54,266 nucleotides of DNA from Candidatus Thorarchaeota archaeon. Lineage in GTDB: Archaea; Asgardarchaeota; Thorarchaeia; Thorarchaeales; Thorarchaeaceae. Location of the stretch: the NCBI GenBank assembly GCA_019894665.1, contig JAGXOC010000005.1, positions 6,724 through 60,989 on the forward strand. The letters run 5' to 3'. The notes beneath the pieces are model-generated. The model was not told the origin of the DNA. It saw nothing but the letters and a program-made list of their open reading frames with translations, and ran no database searches. Made by a program: the position numbers and the translations under genes. Of the stretch, positions 26,653-35,146 are shown piece by piece; position 1 is the first letter of the stretch, and the number at the start of each line of letters is the position of its first letter.

Positions 26653-26761
26653 TTCTGAATCGCATTCCTATAGTTAAACTGCAATGTAACTGTACGTAAG
26701 AAATTCGAGAGTTCACATATGAACTGTTTTCGTACAAAATCATTGATTGCGCATTTCTCAT

Positions 26762-27415
26762 TCATGGTAGATATACGAGGAAATACGCGCCCCACGAAAT
26801 TATAATCGCAATAATTACTCCAGCTATTGATTGCCCCAGAGTATGTTGCTTCAAAGTTATTCGTGAATAGATGACAAGAACCCAAACTATGACAACTATA
26901 AGGGCGGGTAATCCATACACATAGATCAACGCAGCCCCTGGACCTCCAACTCCAGCTCCATGGACGGATATTTTCGATTTCAAACTAACTAGCAGAACTC
27001 CCGCAGTCACAGAGAAATATGCTGCTGCGAGTGTGCTCATGATGTGACAACCAAAGTATCCGTACACAACATACGCTATGACATCGCACATCATCGAGAA
27101 AGCAAAGAATTTGGTCCTACTTTCTCTTTCAGACACATCTAGATCCACATTCCCCTTCCAAGCTGCATACACAATCGGAGTAATGGGAAGAATAACCATC
27201 ACGATGAAACAAATCAAGATTGAGGATAAAGGATCGAGAACAGGTCCAAGTCCTATTGGCGAAGCTAATGAAAAGATAATTCCCACATAGAGATTGATGA
27301 GAGGAGCAGGAGTGAGTCTTGAAATTATACGAGAAAAAGTAACCCGTGTTCCTTCCAATTCTAATATCTCATCGTGGTACTTCACTAGATCCACCAAGTT
27401 AATTCGAGGGTTCAA
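26762..27415 (-). CDS. PAP2-superfamily-like membrane protein (start uncertain)
   Basis: KISVH and SRITLKQHT..Q..AG motifs; multiple TM helices. Confidence 0.7.
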   Translation of the reverse strand: MNPRINLVDLVKYHDEILELEGTRVTFSRIISRLTPAPLINLYVGIIFSLASPIGLGPVLDPLSSILICFIVMVILPITPIVYAAWKGNVDLDVSERESRTKFFAFSMMCDVIAYVVYGYFGCHIMSTLAAAYFSVTAGVLLVSLKSKISVHGAGVGGPGAALIYVYGLPALIVVIVWVLVIYSRITLKQHTLGQSIAGVIIAIIISWGAYFLVYLP

Positions 27416-27425
27416 AACCCTATCT

Positions 27426-28025
27426 TCAATCTTTTCTTCTGAATGGAGGGAGAAACCGACCTGACCGTTTCATGTAACTCTGATATTCCTCACCGAATTG
27501 GTCAATTAGCATACGTTCTTCCTTTCTTGATATCCAATGAAAGGGAATAGCAATGAGTATGGCAAAGATGAGTATCAGTAAGTTTGCTGCAATCAATGCA
27601 ACAGCCAGAGAGAATAGAATGAAAACTGTGTACATTGGATGTCTAACCTTTTTGTAAGGACCCGCCTCAATCAGTGCATGTTCTTTTTGAATTTCCAATT
27701 TAGCCGCGTACTGTCTTCCGAGAGTGTGATGAATCCAGACTAGTAGCCCAATACCTAAAGCCGCAAGTACAACCCCTGACCAACGAATGACGACATGCAG
27801 ATCAAGGTGTGCCCAGAATATCCAGTCTGGAAGTAGGATATAGCTGAACATTGCCGCAAAGTAGGAAAGGATGACAATGGAAAGAAAGATGGTTTGAGGG
27901 TCTCTCAGAGATTCTTCCTTCTCACTTTCCCTTCCAATTGTCTGGCTCCTGTAGTAGATTCGAACTACAGCAAAAAGGGAGAAAGTCACCACGAATATTA
28001 TACGAAACATGCGTTCTTCTTCCAC
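27426..28025 (-). CDS. Isoprenylcysteine carboxyl methyltransferase (ICMT/Ste14) family protein
   Basis: HxLIxxGPYxxVRHPMY and EERxLxxxFGEEY motifs; TM helices. Confidence 0.88.
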   Translation of the reverse strand: MEEERMFRIIFVVTFSLFAVVRIYYRSQTIGRESEKEESLRDPQTIFLSIVILSYFAAMFSYILLPDWIFWAHLDLHVVIRWSGVVLAALGIGLLVWIHHTLGRQYAAKLEIQKEHALIEAGPYKKVRHPMYTVFILFSLAVALIAANLLILIFAILIAIPFHWISRKEERMLIDQFGEEYQSYMKRSGRFLPPFRRKD

Positions 28026-28137
28026 GACATTTCCACTCCAAAGCAACTGGTTATATGACAACAAGCTTTTTCTTTGTCCATTTAACACCTTTCAGATACC
28101 AGAACACCCAGAAACTGCTATGGATGTGTACAAAAAC

Positions 28138-28446
28138 ATGACCGCAATGCCAAAACGCGAGATATTCGAGAGGATTATTCAAAATATTACAAGCAAGTTT
28201 CCAGATGTCTATGCCGCGCTGTTCATCAGCCCAGAAGGATTTCCCATTAACACATGGGGAGTAACACTAGAGAGGGCTGAAGAAATATCAGCTCTACTGA
28301 GCGCATTAATTGGTAAAACTTGGGAGATAGTAAGGGGTGTTAAGGAAGGTGGAGAATTGGCATTCATCCAAATTCAGACAAACATGGGCGGAATCCGAAT
28401 TGCTCCCCAAGAAGAATTCATACTGGTCACCTTGACACGTGGCTGA
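28138..28446 (+). CDS. Roadblock/LC7 (MglB-like) domain protein
   Basis: About 100 aa; ALFISPEGFPI, ISALLSAL and GELxFIxIQTxxG pattern. Confidence 0.85.
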   Translation: MTAMPKREIFERIIQNITSKFPDVYAALFISPEGFPINTWGVTLERAEEISALLSALIGKTWEIVRGVKEGGELAFIQIQTNMGGIRIAPQEEFILVTLTRG

Positions 28447-28660
28447 ACTCTCATCTTTCACTGGATTCTGCTACATTCAGTGGTCAAACAGTCGAAGATT
28501 AGTTTGTGTAAGGAACGTAAGCTGCTCGAGAAGTGATATAGTCCCCTCACTCGGCTTGTCCACTAGTGCCATTTTTATACTCAATGAAACGACACTATCA
28601 CGTCTACATACCCAACGGACTCTAATGATGGAAGTTGGGTGACATAGGGAGGTCTTCTAC

Positions 28661-29716
28661 TTGTCACCGAAGAAGGCAGCAGATGCAGAAAAAGACGACG
28701 AGGAATTGGATTACGAGGAATTTGAAGGGAATGAAGAAGATGCCCCGGCGGAAGTTGGGGGTGAAGACTCCAGTGTTTCTGGGATTGAAGTCACTGATCT
28801 TCCCGGTGTAGGTCCAGCTATTGGAAAACGATTAGCCGAATCTGGCTACAAGAATGTTGAGGCGATTGCTGTTGCATCACCAAATGAGCTTGCTGCGGCA
28901 GGTTCAATCGGTGAGACCACAGCTACTAAGATCATCAAGGCAGCTCGTGAGATGCTGGATATTGGTTTTGAGACCGCTGATCTTTTCCTAGAGCGGCGAA
29001 AGCATGCTGGTCGAATCTCAACCGGGTCAAAGGCTCTAGACGAGTTGTTTGGAGGTGGACTTGAGACCCAATCCATCACTGAGATGTATGGTTCTTTCAG
29101 ATCTGGGAAGACCCAAATGGGCCATCAATTAGCCGTGATGATACAACGTCCTCCAGAGGACGGGGGTTTGAGCGCGAACGCTATCTTTGTTGATACAGAA
29201 GGAACATTTCGACCAGAGCGCTTGGTTGACATGGCCGAAGCTTATGGAATGGACACTGCTAAGGTCTTGAAGAATGTCGTGTGGGCTCGAGCCTACAACT
29301 CAGACCATCAAATTCTGTTGTGCGACCAAGCAATGCAGATGTCCAATGAGCTTAACGCTAAGCTATTAGTTTTAGACTCAGTTACAAGCCACTTCAGAGC
29401 TGAGTATACTGGTAGAGGTACCCTTGCAGCAAGACAACAGAAACTGAACAAACATTTGCATCATCTCCAGCGAGGTGCAGAGATCAACAATATGGCTGTT
29501 TACATCACTAATCAGGTGATGTCCCGACCAGATGCTTTCTTTGGTGATCCTACAGCTCCTGTCGGTGGACATGTACTGGCACATGTACCTCAGACTCGTT
29601 GTTATCTTAGAAAGTCAAAAGGCGAGCGAAGGATCTGTCGCCTTGTAGATTCACCTAACCTTCCAGAAGGTGAAGCCGTCTTCACAGTGATGAAAGAAGG
29701 CATTCGTGACGTCTAA
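28661..29716 (+). CDS. radA: DNA repair and recombination protein RadA
   Basis: HhH N-domain, FETA polymerisation motif, Walker A GSFRSGKT, DTEGTFRPER, GRGTLAARQQ; GGAGGT SD motif. Confidence 0.97.
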   Translation: MSPKKAADAEKDDEELDYEEFEGNEEDAPAEVGGEDSSVSGIEVTDLPGVGPAIGKRLAESGYKNVEAIAVASPNELAAAGSIGETTATKIIKAAREMLDIGFETADLFLERRKHAGRISTGSKALDELFGGGLETQSITEMYGSFRSGKTQMGHQLAVMIQRPPEDGGLSANAIFVDTEGTFRPERLVDMAEAYGMDTAKVLKNVVWARAYNSDHQILLCDQAMQMSNELNAKLLVLDSVTSHFRAEYTGRGTLAARQQKLNKHLHHLQRGAEINNMAVYITNQVMSRPDAFFGDPTAPVGGHVLAHVPQTRCYLRKSKGERRICRLVDSPNLPEGEAVFTVMKEGIRDV

Positions 29717-29737
29717 ATACATAATCTGATTGAAGTG

Positions 29738-29758
29738 GATGGTCTCTGAGAGACCATC
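29738..29758. terminator. Hairpin between convergent radA and GGR genes
   Basis: GATGGTCTC-TGA-GAGACCATC, a perfect 9-bp stem. Confidence 0.55.
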
Positions 29759-29767
29759 TCCTCTTCT

Positions 29768-31120
29768 TTACTCGAAACTGGCTGACTCGACAATCCCTAG
29801 TACTGTCTTTTCCCAGATATCAAGATTGTCTGGGTTGTTTGGATAATTGCTATAGGCTTTATTCATTTTCTTCATCAAGCCCGCCGCTTTTTGCAGTTTC
29901 AATAAGAGTGAAATCTTACCCGCCCCTCTCTTCACTCTCCTCATCTTATCTGCCATACTAAGTGAAAGTCCATCACCGCGATTTGCTGCCATTAGGTCAT
30001 CTGCCTCTAGGAGTCGTTTTTCGAATCCAAAGTCCATATCTTCATCAGACACAGCCTGTAGGAATCTCCGGAAGATTTCGAGTGATGCAAGACGTTTCCC
30101 AAAATTCGGAAGATATCTCGTGTTGTAAGACCATAAACCATTTGCAGAGAAATTCCTACTAGCTATTGACTCTCGCACGACTTCACCCAGAATAATCCCC
30201 GCTCGCATGCCTGCTCCAATTCCACCGCCATGGATTGGATTGACCTGTAATGCAGCATCGCCGACAAAAGCAACACCATCTCCGACCAAGCTCTTGAGAG
30301 GTCTCCGGACTGGGACTGCGCCTCCTTTTCCATCGATTAATTTTGACCCGAAGAATAGTGGATAAGTTTCCTTGAATTTCATAAAATGTGATTTAGGTGA
30401 ACCTCGACCTTTACCCCCAGTAATCCCCACACCTGCATTGATCTCCTGGACTCCCTTTGGAAAGACCCATGCATATCCTTGTGGTGCAGCCTCACCCCCA
30501 AGAAAGACACGAGCGACCTCTGGTTCAGCTAGAGGCATCTTAAGTCTTAGAATCTCCCTGTAACAGAGTGCGATATCCTCTTTGTCAATATCATTCTCAA
30601 TCAGAGGACTTTCTAGTTTGTTTCTTATCACTGCAGCAAAACCACTTGCGTCAACAACAACCTTACTTTTGACTACGACCGAATCTCCGGATTTGAGGTC
30701 TTTATACTCTACGCCTGTGACCTGATCTCCGAGTGTCATAGGACTGCCAACATGGATATTCGGAAGGAACTTAGCACCAGCACTAATCGCCTCATTCAAG
30801 AGTCGCTGACCGAAAGATAGTCTGTTCACAGTCCACCCGTCGAACTCTGCCCATCCTCTAACATTCAACGCGTTCATCCTGTTCGGTGGATAGACATCTG
30901 CACCAGCAATTGCATAGGAAATTTCGTCACCATCAGGATAATCAATTCCTGTTGCCTCAAAGTGTGCTTTACTGACCTCATCTCCACACACTTTCTGACC
31001 GACTTCTTTCAATGGTTTTCTGTCCAAAAGGAGAGTTTTCAATCCAAGTTCAGCACATCTTCTAGCAGTAACGCATCCCGCAGAACCTGCACCAACAATT
31101 ATAACATCAGGTCTCTTCAA
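29768..31120 (-). CDS. Geranylgeranyl reductase family (digeranylgeranylglycerophospholipid reductase-like)
   Basis: GAGSAG FAD motif, KVCG, GYAWVFPK, GDAA..VNPIHGGGI. Confidence 0.9.
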   Translation of the reverse strand: MKRPDVIIVGAGSAGCVTARRCAELGLKTLLLDRKPLKEVGQKVCGDEVSKAHFEATGIDYPDGDEISYAIAGADVYPPNRMNALNVRGWAEFDGWTVNRLSFGQRLLNEAISAGAKFLPNIHVGSPMTLGDQVTGVEYKDLKSGDSVVVKSKVVVDASGFAAVIRNKLESPLIENDIDKEDIALCYREILRLKMPLAEPEVARVFLGGEAAPQGYAWVFPKGVQEINAGVGITGGKGRGSPKSHFMKFKETYPLFFGSKLIDGKGGAVPVRRPLKSLVGDGVAFVGDAALQVNPIHGGGIGAGMRAGIILGEVVRESIASRNFSANGLWSYNTRYLPNFGKRLASLEIFRRFLQAVSDEDMDFGFEKRLLEADDLMAANRGDGLSLSMADKMRRVKRGAGKISLLLKLQKAAGLMKKMNKAYSNYPNNPDNLDIWEKTVLGIVESASFE

Positions 31121-31226
31121 GGTCTATCGACATCAAAGAAGCGCTCTGTAATTTAAATGCCTGCATGATTACCAACCTCAGACGCTAAACAGAATGGTTA
31201 TCTGTATCAAACGCCGGCACCGAATC

Positions 31227-31896
31227 ATGAACTCCTTCCAGAGCTTAGTCGTTGTGGGGCTACAATGGAGTGATGAAGGGAAAGGAAAGATTGTCGATGT
31301 CCTTTCTGAAACACAACTCAAACTGTGTTTCAGCTTCAGCTTCAAAAGGGACAGGGGTTTCATTCTCACGCCTTGGTTCAGTTCTTGGGATTTGCAAGGC
31401 GTATTTAACACGAGTTGGTTCAGGACCCTTTCCAACTGAAGTTGAAGGTGACATCGAACAGATGATCCGAGACCGTGGACAAGAATTTGGCACAGTCACG
31501 GGACGTCCGCGAAGATGTGGATGGTTGGACCTTGTCGCACTAAAGTAGGCTATTCGTCTCAATGGTTGTGAGTACCTCGCGATTACAAAATCAGCTGTTC
31601 TGACTGGGATTGATTCACTGAAAATCTGTCTAGCCTATGATATCAACGGGACTGAAATAACAACCTTCCCAACCAGTGCGCAATTTCTCTCAAAAGCAAT
31701 TCCGGTCTATGAAGAGATGGATGGTTGGGTTGAGGAGATTGAAGTATTATCAGATGCAGATGGTCTGAAGAGTCTCCCCGATCAATTACAGAAGTATCTC
31801 TCCCACCTCGAGCGGTCAACTGGTTCCAAGATTGCATTAGTTTCCGTTAATCCGGATCGAGCAGACACCATTGTACTTCAAGAAACCGGACTCTAA
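31227..31896 (+). pseudogene. purA: Adenylosuccinate synthetase pseudogene
   Basis: [14 protein letters not shown] joined out of frame to [15 protein letters not shown]...[14 protein letters not shown]; in-frame TAG at 31546; homology continues to TAA at 31896. Confidence 0.9.
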
Positions 31897-31899
31897 CTC

Positions 31900-32436
31900 C
31901 TATTCATGCTTCATTTCTATCATCACAATAGAAACGATGATGACTGCTGCTATAATGAGAAGCAGTGGTGGTGCATAATTGAGGAATATCCCAAAGTACT
32001 GGACAATTCTTGCAGGGGCTAATGCAATTATAGCAAGATGTCCCCATACTAGGAGAAATCCATAGATTGCAAAAATCGGGAAAAGGATTGGACCCCCTGT
32101 TATCACAAGAAGTAGAATGAACACCGCTAACCGATTCTTAGTAGGGTCAAACAAAGGCACTTTAATGGTTTCCTGATCACTGATCTCAAAGTAGTACGTT
32201 ACGAGAATAGTCGGTAATCGCATGCGAATCAATTCGAGAATTTGTACTCCTTGCTGCACCGAGAGAAGAATGAATGTATGAGTAAGCATGTATCCTAAGA
32301 CCATTGCGTTGAGGATAGGCAAAGATGGTGTAAAGAGTTGCAAACTCTCAATGATTCCAACTAAAACAGAAAAGTTGACCAGGAACAGGAACAGATGTCC
32401 AATTGTGCCTTTCAGATACTGAAATTTAGTGGCCAT
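31900..32436 (-). CDS. Hypothetical multi-pass membrane protein
   Basis: 178-aa ORF with about 4-5 hydrophobic segments, 23 nt downstream of a GTPase gene. Confidence 0.7.
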   Translation of the reverse strand: MATKFQYLKGTIGHLFLFLVNFSVLVGIIESLQLFTPSLPILNAMVLGYMLTHTFILLSVQQGVQILELIRMRLPTILVTYYFEISDQETIKVPLFDPTKNRLAVFILLLVITGGPILFPIFAIYGFLLVWGHLAIIALAPARIVQYFGIFLNYAPPLLLIIAAVIIVSIVMIEMKHE

Positions 32437-32459
32437 CCATATCCTTCCTAGTAGTCCTC

Positions 32460-33059
32460 TCAGACGCCTAGCTTGAATGGTTTTGGTGGTTGCGATCCTG
32501 ACATTGGATCATGGGGACCTGCTTCCGCTTGTTTGGCAATCGCTCTCTGAACAAGATCGGTGAAGAGAGTGTTAACATTCTCACCTGTCTTGGCTGACGT
32601 TTCATAATGCAGGACGTCCAACCATTGAGTGACCATCGTGCCGGCTTCTGGAGGAACCAGTCTGTCCTCACGGTCGATCTTGTTGGCTACGACCGCAACT
32701 ACGGCGTTAGGACACACCGTGATAAACTTGGTGAACCACTCTCCAAGATCCAAAAACGTCTGAGGCCGGGTCACATCATATACAATAATGGCCATTGTAG
32801 CGCCTGCCATATACCTGCGTCTAAGTTCGTTATAGGAGGGCTGACCTGCGAGATCCCAAAGCACAACTCGAGCTGTAACTTTGCTTCCACTTGGCAAAAC
32901 CGTGTTTATGGTCTTCAAAGCAAATGTAGTTCCAATAGTAGCAATATAGCGTTCGCTGAAACTGTCCTCCGTGTATCTCTTAATACAACTAGTCTTGCCG
33001 ACTGCCCCATTTCCTAGGGCAACCAATTTGAACATATGACTAGCGTCCTCTGTTGACAT
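32460..33059 (-). CDS. Rab-like small GTPase
   Basis: GNGAVGKTS, ATIG, WDLAGQ, NKID and ETSAK (G1-G5). Confidence 0.93.
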   Translation of the reverse strand: MSTEDASHMFKLVALGNGAVGKTSCIKRYTEDSFSERYIATIGTTFALKTINTVLPSGSKVTARVVLWDLAGQPSYNELRRRYMAGATMAIIVYDVTRPQTFLDLGEWFTKFITVCPNAVVAVVANKIDREDRLVPPEAGTMVTQWLDVLHYETSAKTGENVNTLFTDLVQRAIAKQAEAGPHDPMSGSQPPKPFKLGV

Positions 33060-33247
33060 GACACGACGTCCTAAGTTTCACTACTAAGTATTTCTTCCGA
33101 GTTTTGATTAATAATAGTTCTGAGTATATCCTCGTAGTATCGTGCAAATCCCCGAGAATTGAACACTGATGCTTTAGGTTCATCATAGTAAGGATTATAC
33201 TGGACATTTTCCATGTTCGAATGAAATTTCGACTGTTGGTGAGTACC

Positions 33248-34000
33248 ATGGCAGAACAATTCCTTAGCCGGTTGACGAAGATAGAAGATAGCATTAACCA
33301 ACTTGGTGAAACCCTGAAACGAATGATCACAATTCTAGGCACAGTTACTGAGATAAAATCCGAGGTGCGTGTCGCCAAAGAAGAGATCATCTCCGCTCTG
33401 GGAAATCAAGTTCAGGCTGCTCCAGCACCTGACAATCAGGAAGCTCTAGCTTCAATGGTGGTACAGGAAGTTGGTGCCATCAGGGTCTTCGTTCAAGAAT
33501 CTATGGAGAAACTGAGGAATGAGATGGTTGAATTGATTGCTGAGATGCCAGCTCTTGCTCCTGCAGCTCCGGCACCTGCACCCGTTGCTCCAACTCCCGC
33601 ACCTACTCCTCCCCCCGTGAAAACCCCAGCTCCTGCTCCTCCACCTGAACCAACACCAGCTCCCACACCCGAACCAGCTCCTGCACCCGATCCAGCTTCT
33701 GCACCTAGAGTATCTCCATCCTCAATCCCTGCAGATAGAGCGATGCAGATTGCCGACCATCTTAATTCTATCGTTAAATCTCTAAAGATGGGATGCAAAG
33801 CCGGTGCTGTCTTGGAAGTCATGGCTGAATCTAAGGCCGCCATTACAAATATTGTTCCAAGTGACCCAATCATGGTTCATATTGATAGATGGGCCAGTGT
33901 AGTAAGTGGGTATCAGAAACGCAAAGAAATGCAAGCTAGAGACATTATACAAATGAAGAAAGAAATCAAAGCCGAGATACCAAAATACCAGCCTGCTTAG
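33248..34000 (+). CDS. Hypothetical protein: coiled coil, Pro/Ala-rich linker, helical C-terminal domain
   Basis: ATG preceded by a GGTGA SD motif; roughly 55-aa PAPAP/PTPAP tract. Confidence 0.75.
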   Translation: MAEQFLSRLTKIEDSINQLGETLKRMITILGTVTEIKSEVRVAKEEIISALGNQVQAAPAPDNQEALASMVVQEVGAIRVFVQESMEKLRNEMVELIAEMPALAPAAPAPAPVAPTPAPTPPPVKTPAPAPPPEPTPAPTPEPAPAPDPASAPRVSPSSIPADRAMQIADHLNSIVKSLKMGCKAGAVLEVMAESKAAITNIVPSDPIMVHIDRWASVVSGYQKRKEMQARDIIQMKKEIKAEIPKYQPA

Positions 34001-34419
34001 TCTTCGTCTTGTGGTGCTCCATCGGCAATTAGCTTCATGGTTGCTAATACTCTGATTATGTCAGTGGTAGCTACAAGCCCGATTATGTCATTTCCTTCAA
34101 TGACTGGTATGTGGCGTTTTCCTGTCTGATTGATTAGGGAAATCGCTTGTCCAATATCCGCCTCTGGACCAATAGTCACAACGGGTGTGGTCATGATATC
34201 TTTCACACGAAGATTGTGATATGACTCTTCAGAGAGGAGTTGTGCTGCAATGACCTCACGACGTGTGACCATCCCTGCTAGTACATCTGCTTTTGTAATA
34301 AGCAGGCTACCAATATCTTCTGCTGCCATCAGTCTAGCAGCATCAACAACAAGAGTTTCTGCCTCAGCTGTGATAATTAACGAAGTCATGATGTCCCTTA
34401 CTCTCACGTTCCCGTTCAC
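33997..34419 (-). CDS. CBS-domain pair protein
   Basis: VRDIMT...IGSLLI and VKDIMTTPVVT...RHIPV repeats. Confidence 0.92.
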   Translation of the reverse strand: MNGNVRVRDIMTSLIITAEAETLVVDAARLMAAEDIGSLLITKADVLAGMVTRREVIAAQLLSEESYHNLRVKDIMTTPVVTIGPEADIGQAISLINQTGKRHIPVIEGNDIIGLVATTDIIRVLATMKLIADGAPQDED

Positions 34420-34434
34420 CTCACCTAGAAGAAA

Positions 34435-35043
34435 TCACATCAGAGGACCTTTGCTCTCTGAAAGTGCCTTTTCTAGTACAATCTCAGCAATGCGAGTAAA
34501 CACGTTATCAACCGCATCGCCAGTCTTTGCCGAAGTCTCGAAATATTCCGCTTGGAACCAATCGCGCAGCATCATGCCGGGCTCATGAGGGACCATTCTC
34601 TTATCTAATAGATCCACCTTGTTAGCACTGATTAAAACCGGTGAAGCAGGACAAACTTCTCTGAATGATTCAAACCAGTTGTTCATCGCCATGAACGTTT
34701 CAGGACGAGTGACATCATACACAACAATGGCTGCTGAAGCGCCTTTCATGAATTGTCTGCGAAGTTCTCGGTAGGTCGATTGACCTCCCATGTCCCACAC
34801 ATTCAAGCGAACCATACGAACGGTACCATCACTGCCAGTCACATTGATGTCCTTTGTAGCAAAGGTTGTTCCAATGGTCTGTTTGTACTCCTCATCAAAA
34901 GCGTTCTCAGTGTATCTCCTCACAAGCGACGTTTTACCCACGCCTGCCTCGCCTAGCAAAACCATTCGAAACTTGTATCCTTCGAACCCATCGGACGCAT
35001 CTGTGTCAGATTTGGTTTCTGAACTATCGTTTCTCTGAGTCAT
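34435..35043 (-). CDS. Rab-like small GTPase (paralogue)
   Basis: GEAGVGKTS, QTIG, WDMGGQ, NKVD and ETSAK. Confidence 0.93.
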   Translation of the reverse strand: MTQRNDSSETKSDTDASDGFEGYKFRMVLLGEAGVGKTSLVRRYTENAFDEEYKQTIGTTFATKDINVTGSDGTVRMVRLNVWDMGGQSTYRELRRQFMKGASAAIVVYDVTRPETFMAMNNWFESFREVCPASPVLISANKVDLLDKRMVPHEPGMMLRDWFQAEYFETSAKTGDAVDNVFTRIAEIVLEKALSESKGPLM

Positions 35044-35146
35044 GCTAAAGCACCCCAGGTTGTCGCTTTCCGGACGTACTCTGACAATTCTCGGTCTTTG
35101 TCTTATATCTTTTCTGCGGAGAGTCTCATGGATTCAGTTTGGCATT

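Noticed and set aside
27426-28025. ICMT-family gene as a modifier of the nearby Rab-like GTPases
   Set aside because: Neither GTPase ends in a CaaX/CC/CXC motif, and ICMT homologues are widespread in prokaryotes.
31546-31548. In-frame TAG in purA as pyrrolysine or readthrough recoding
   Set aside because: It replaces a conserved Tyr codon by a single change, and the gene also has a large deletion, a frameshift and broken motifs, so pseudogenisation explains it.
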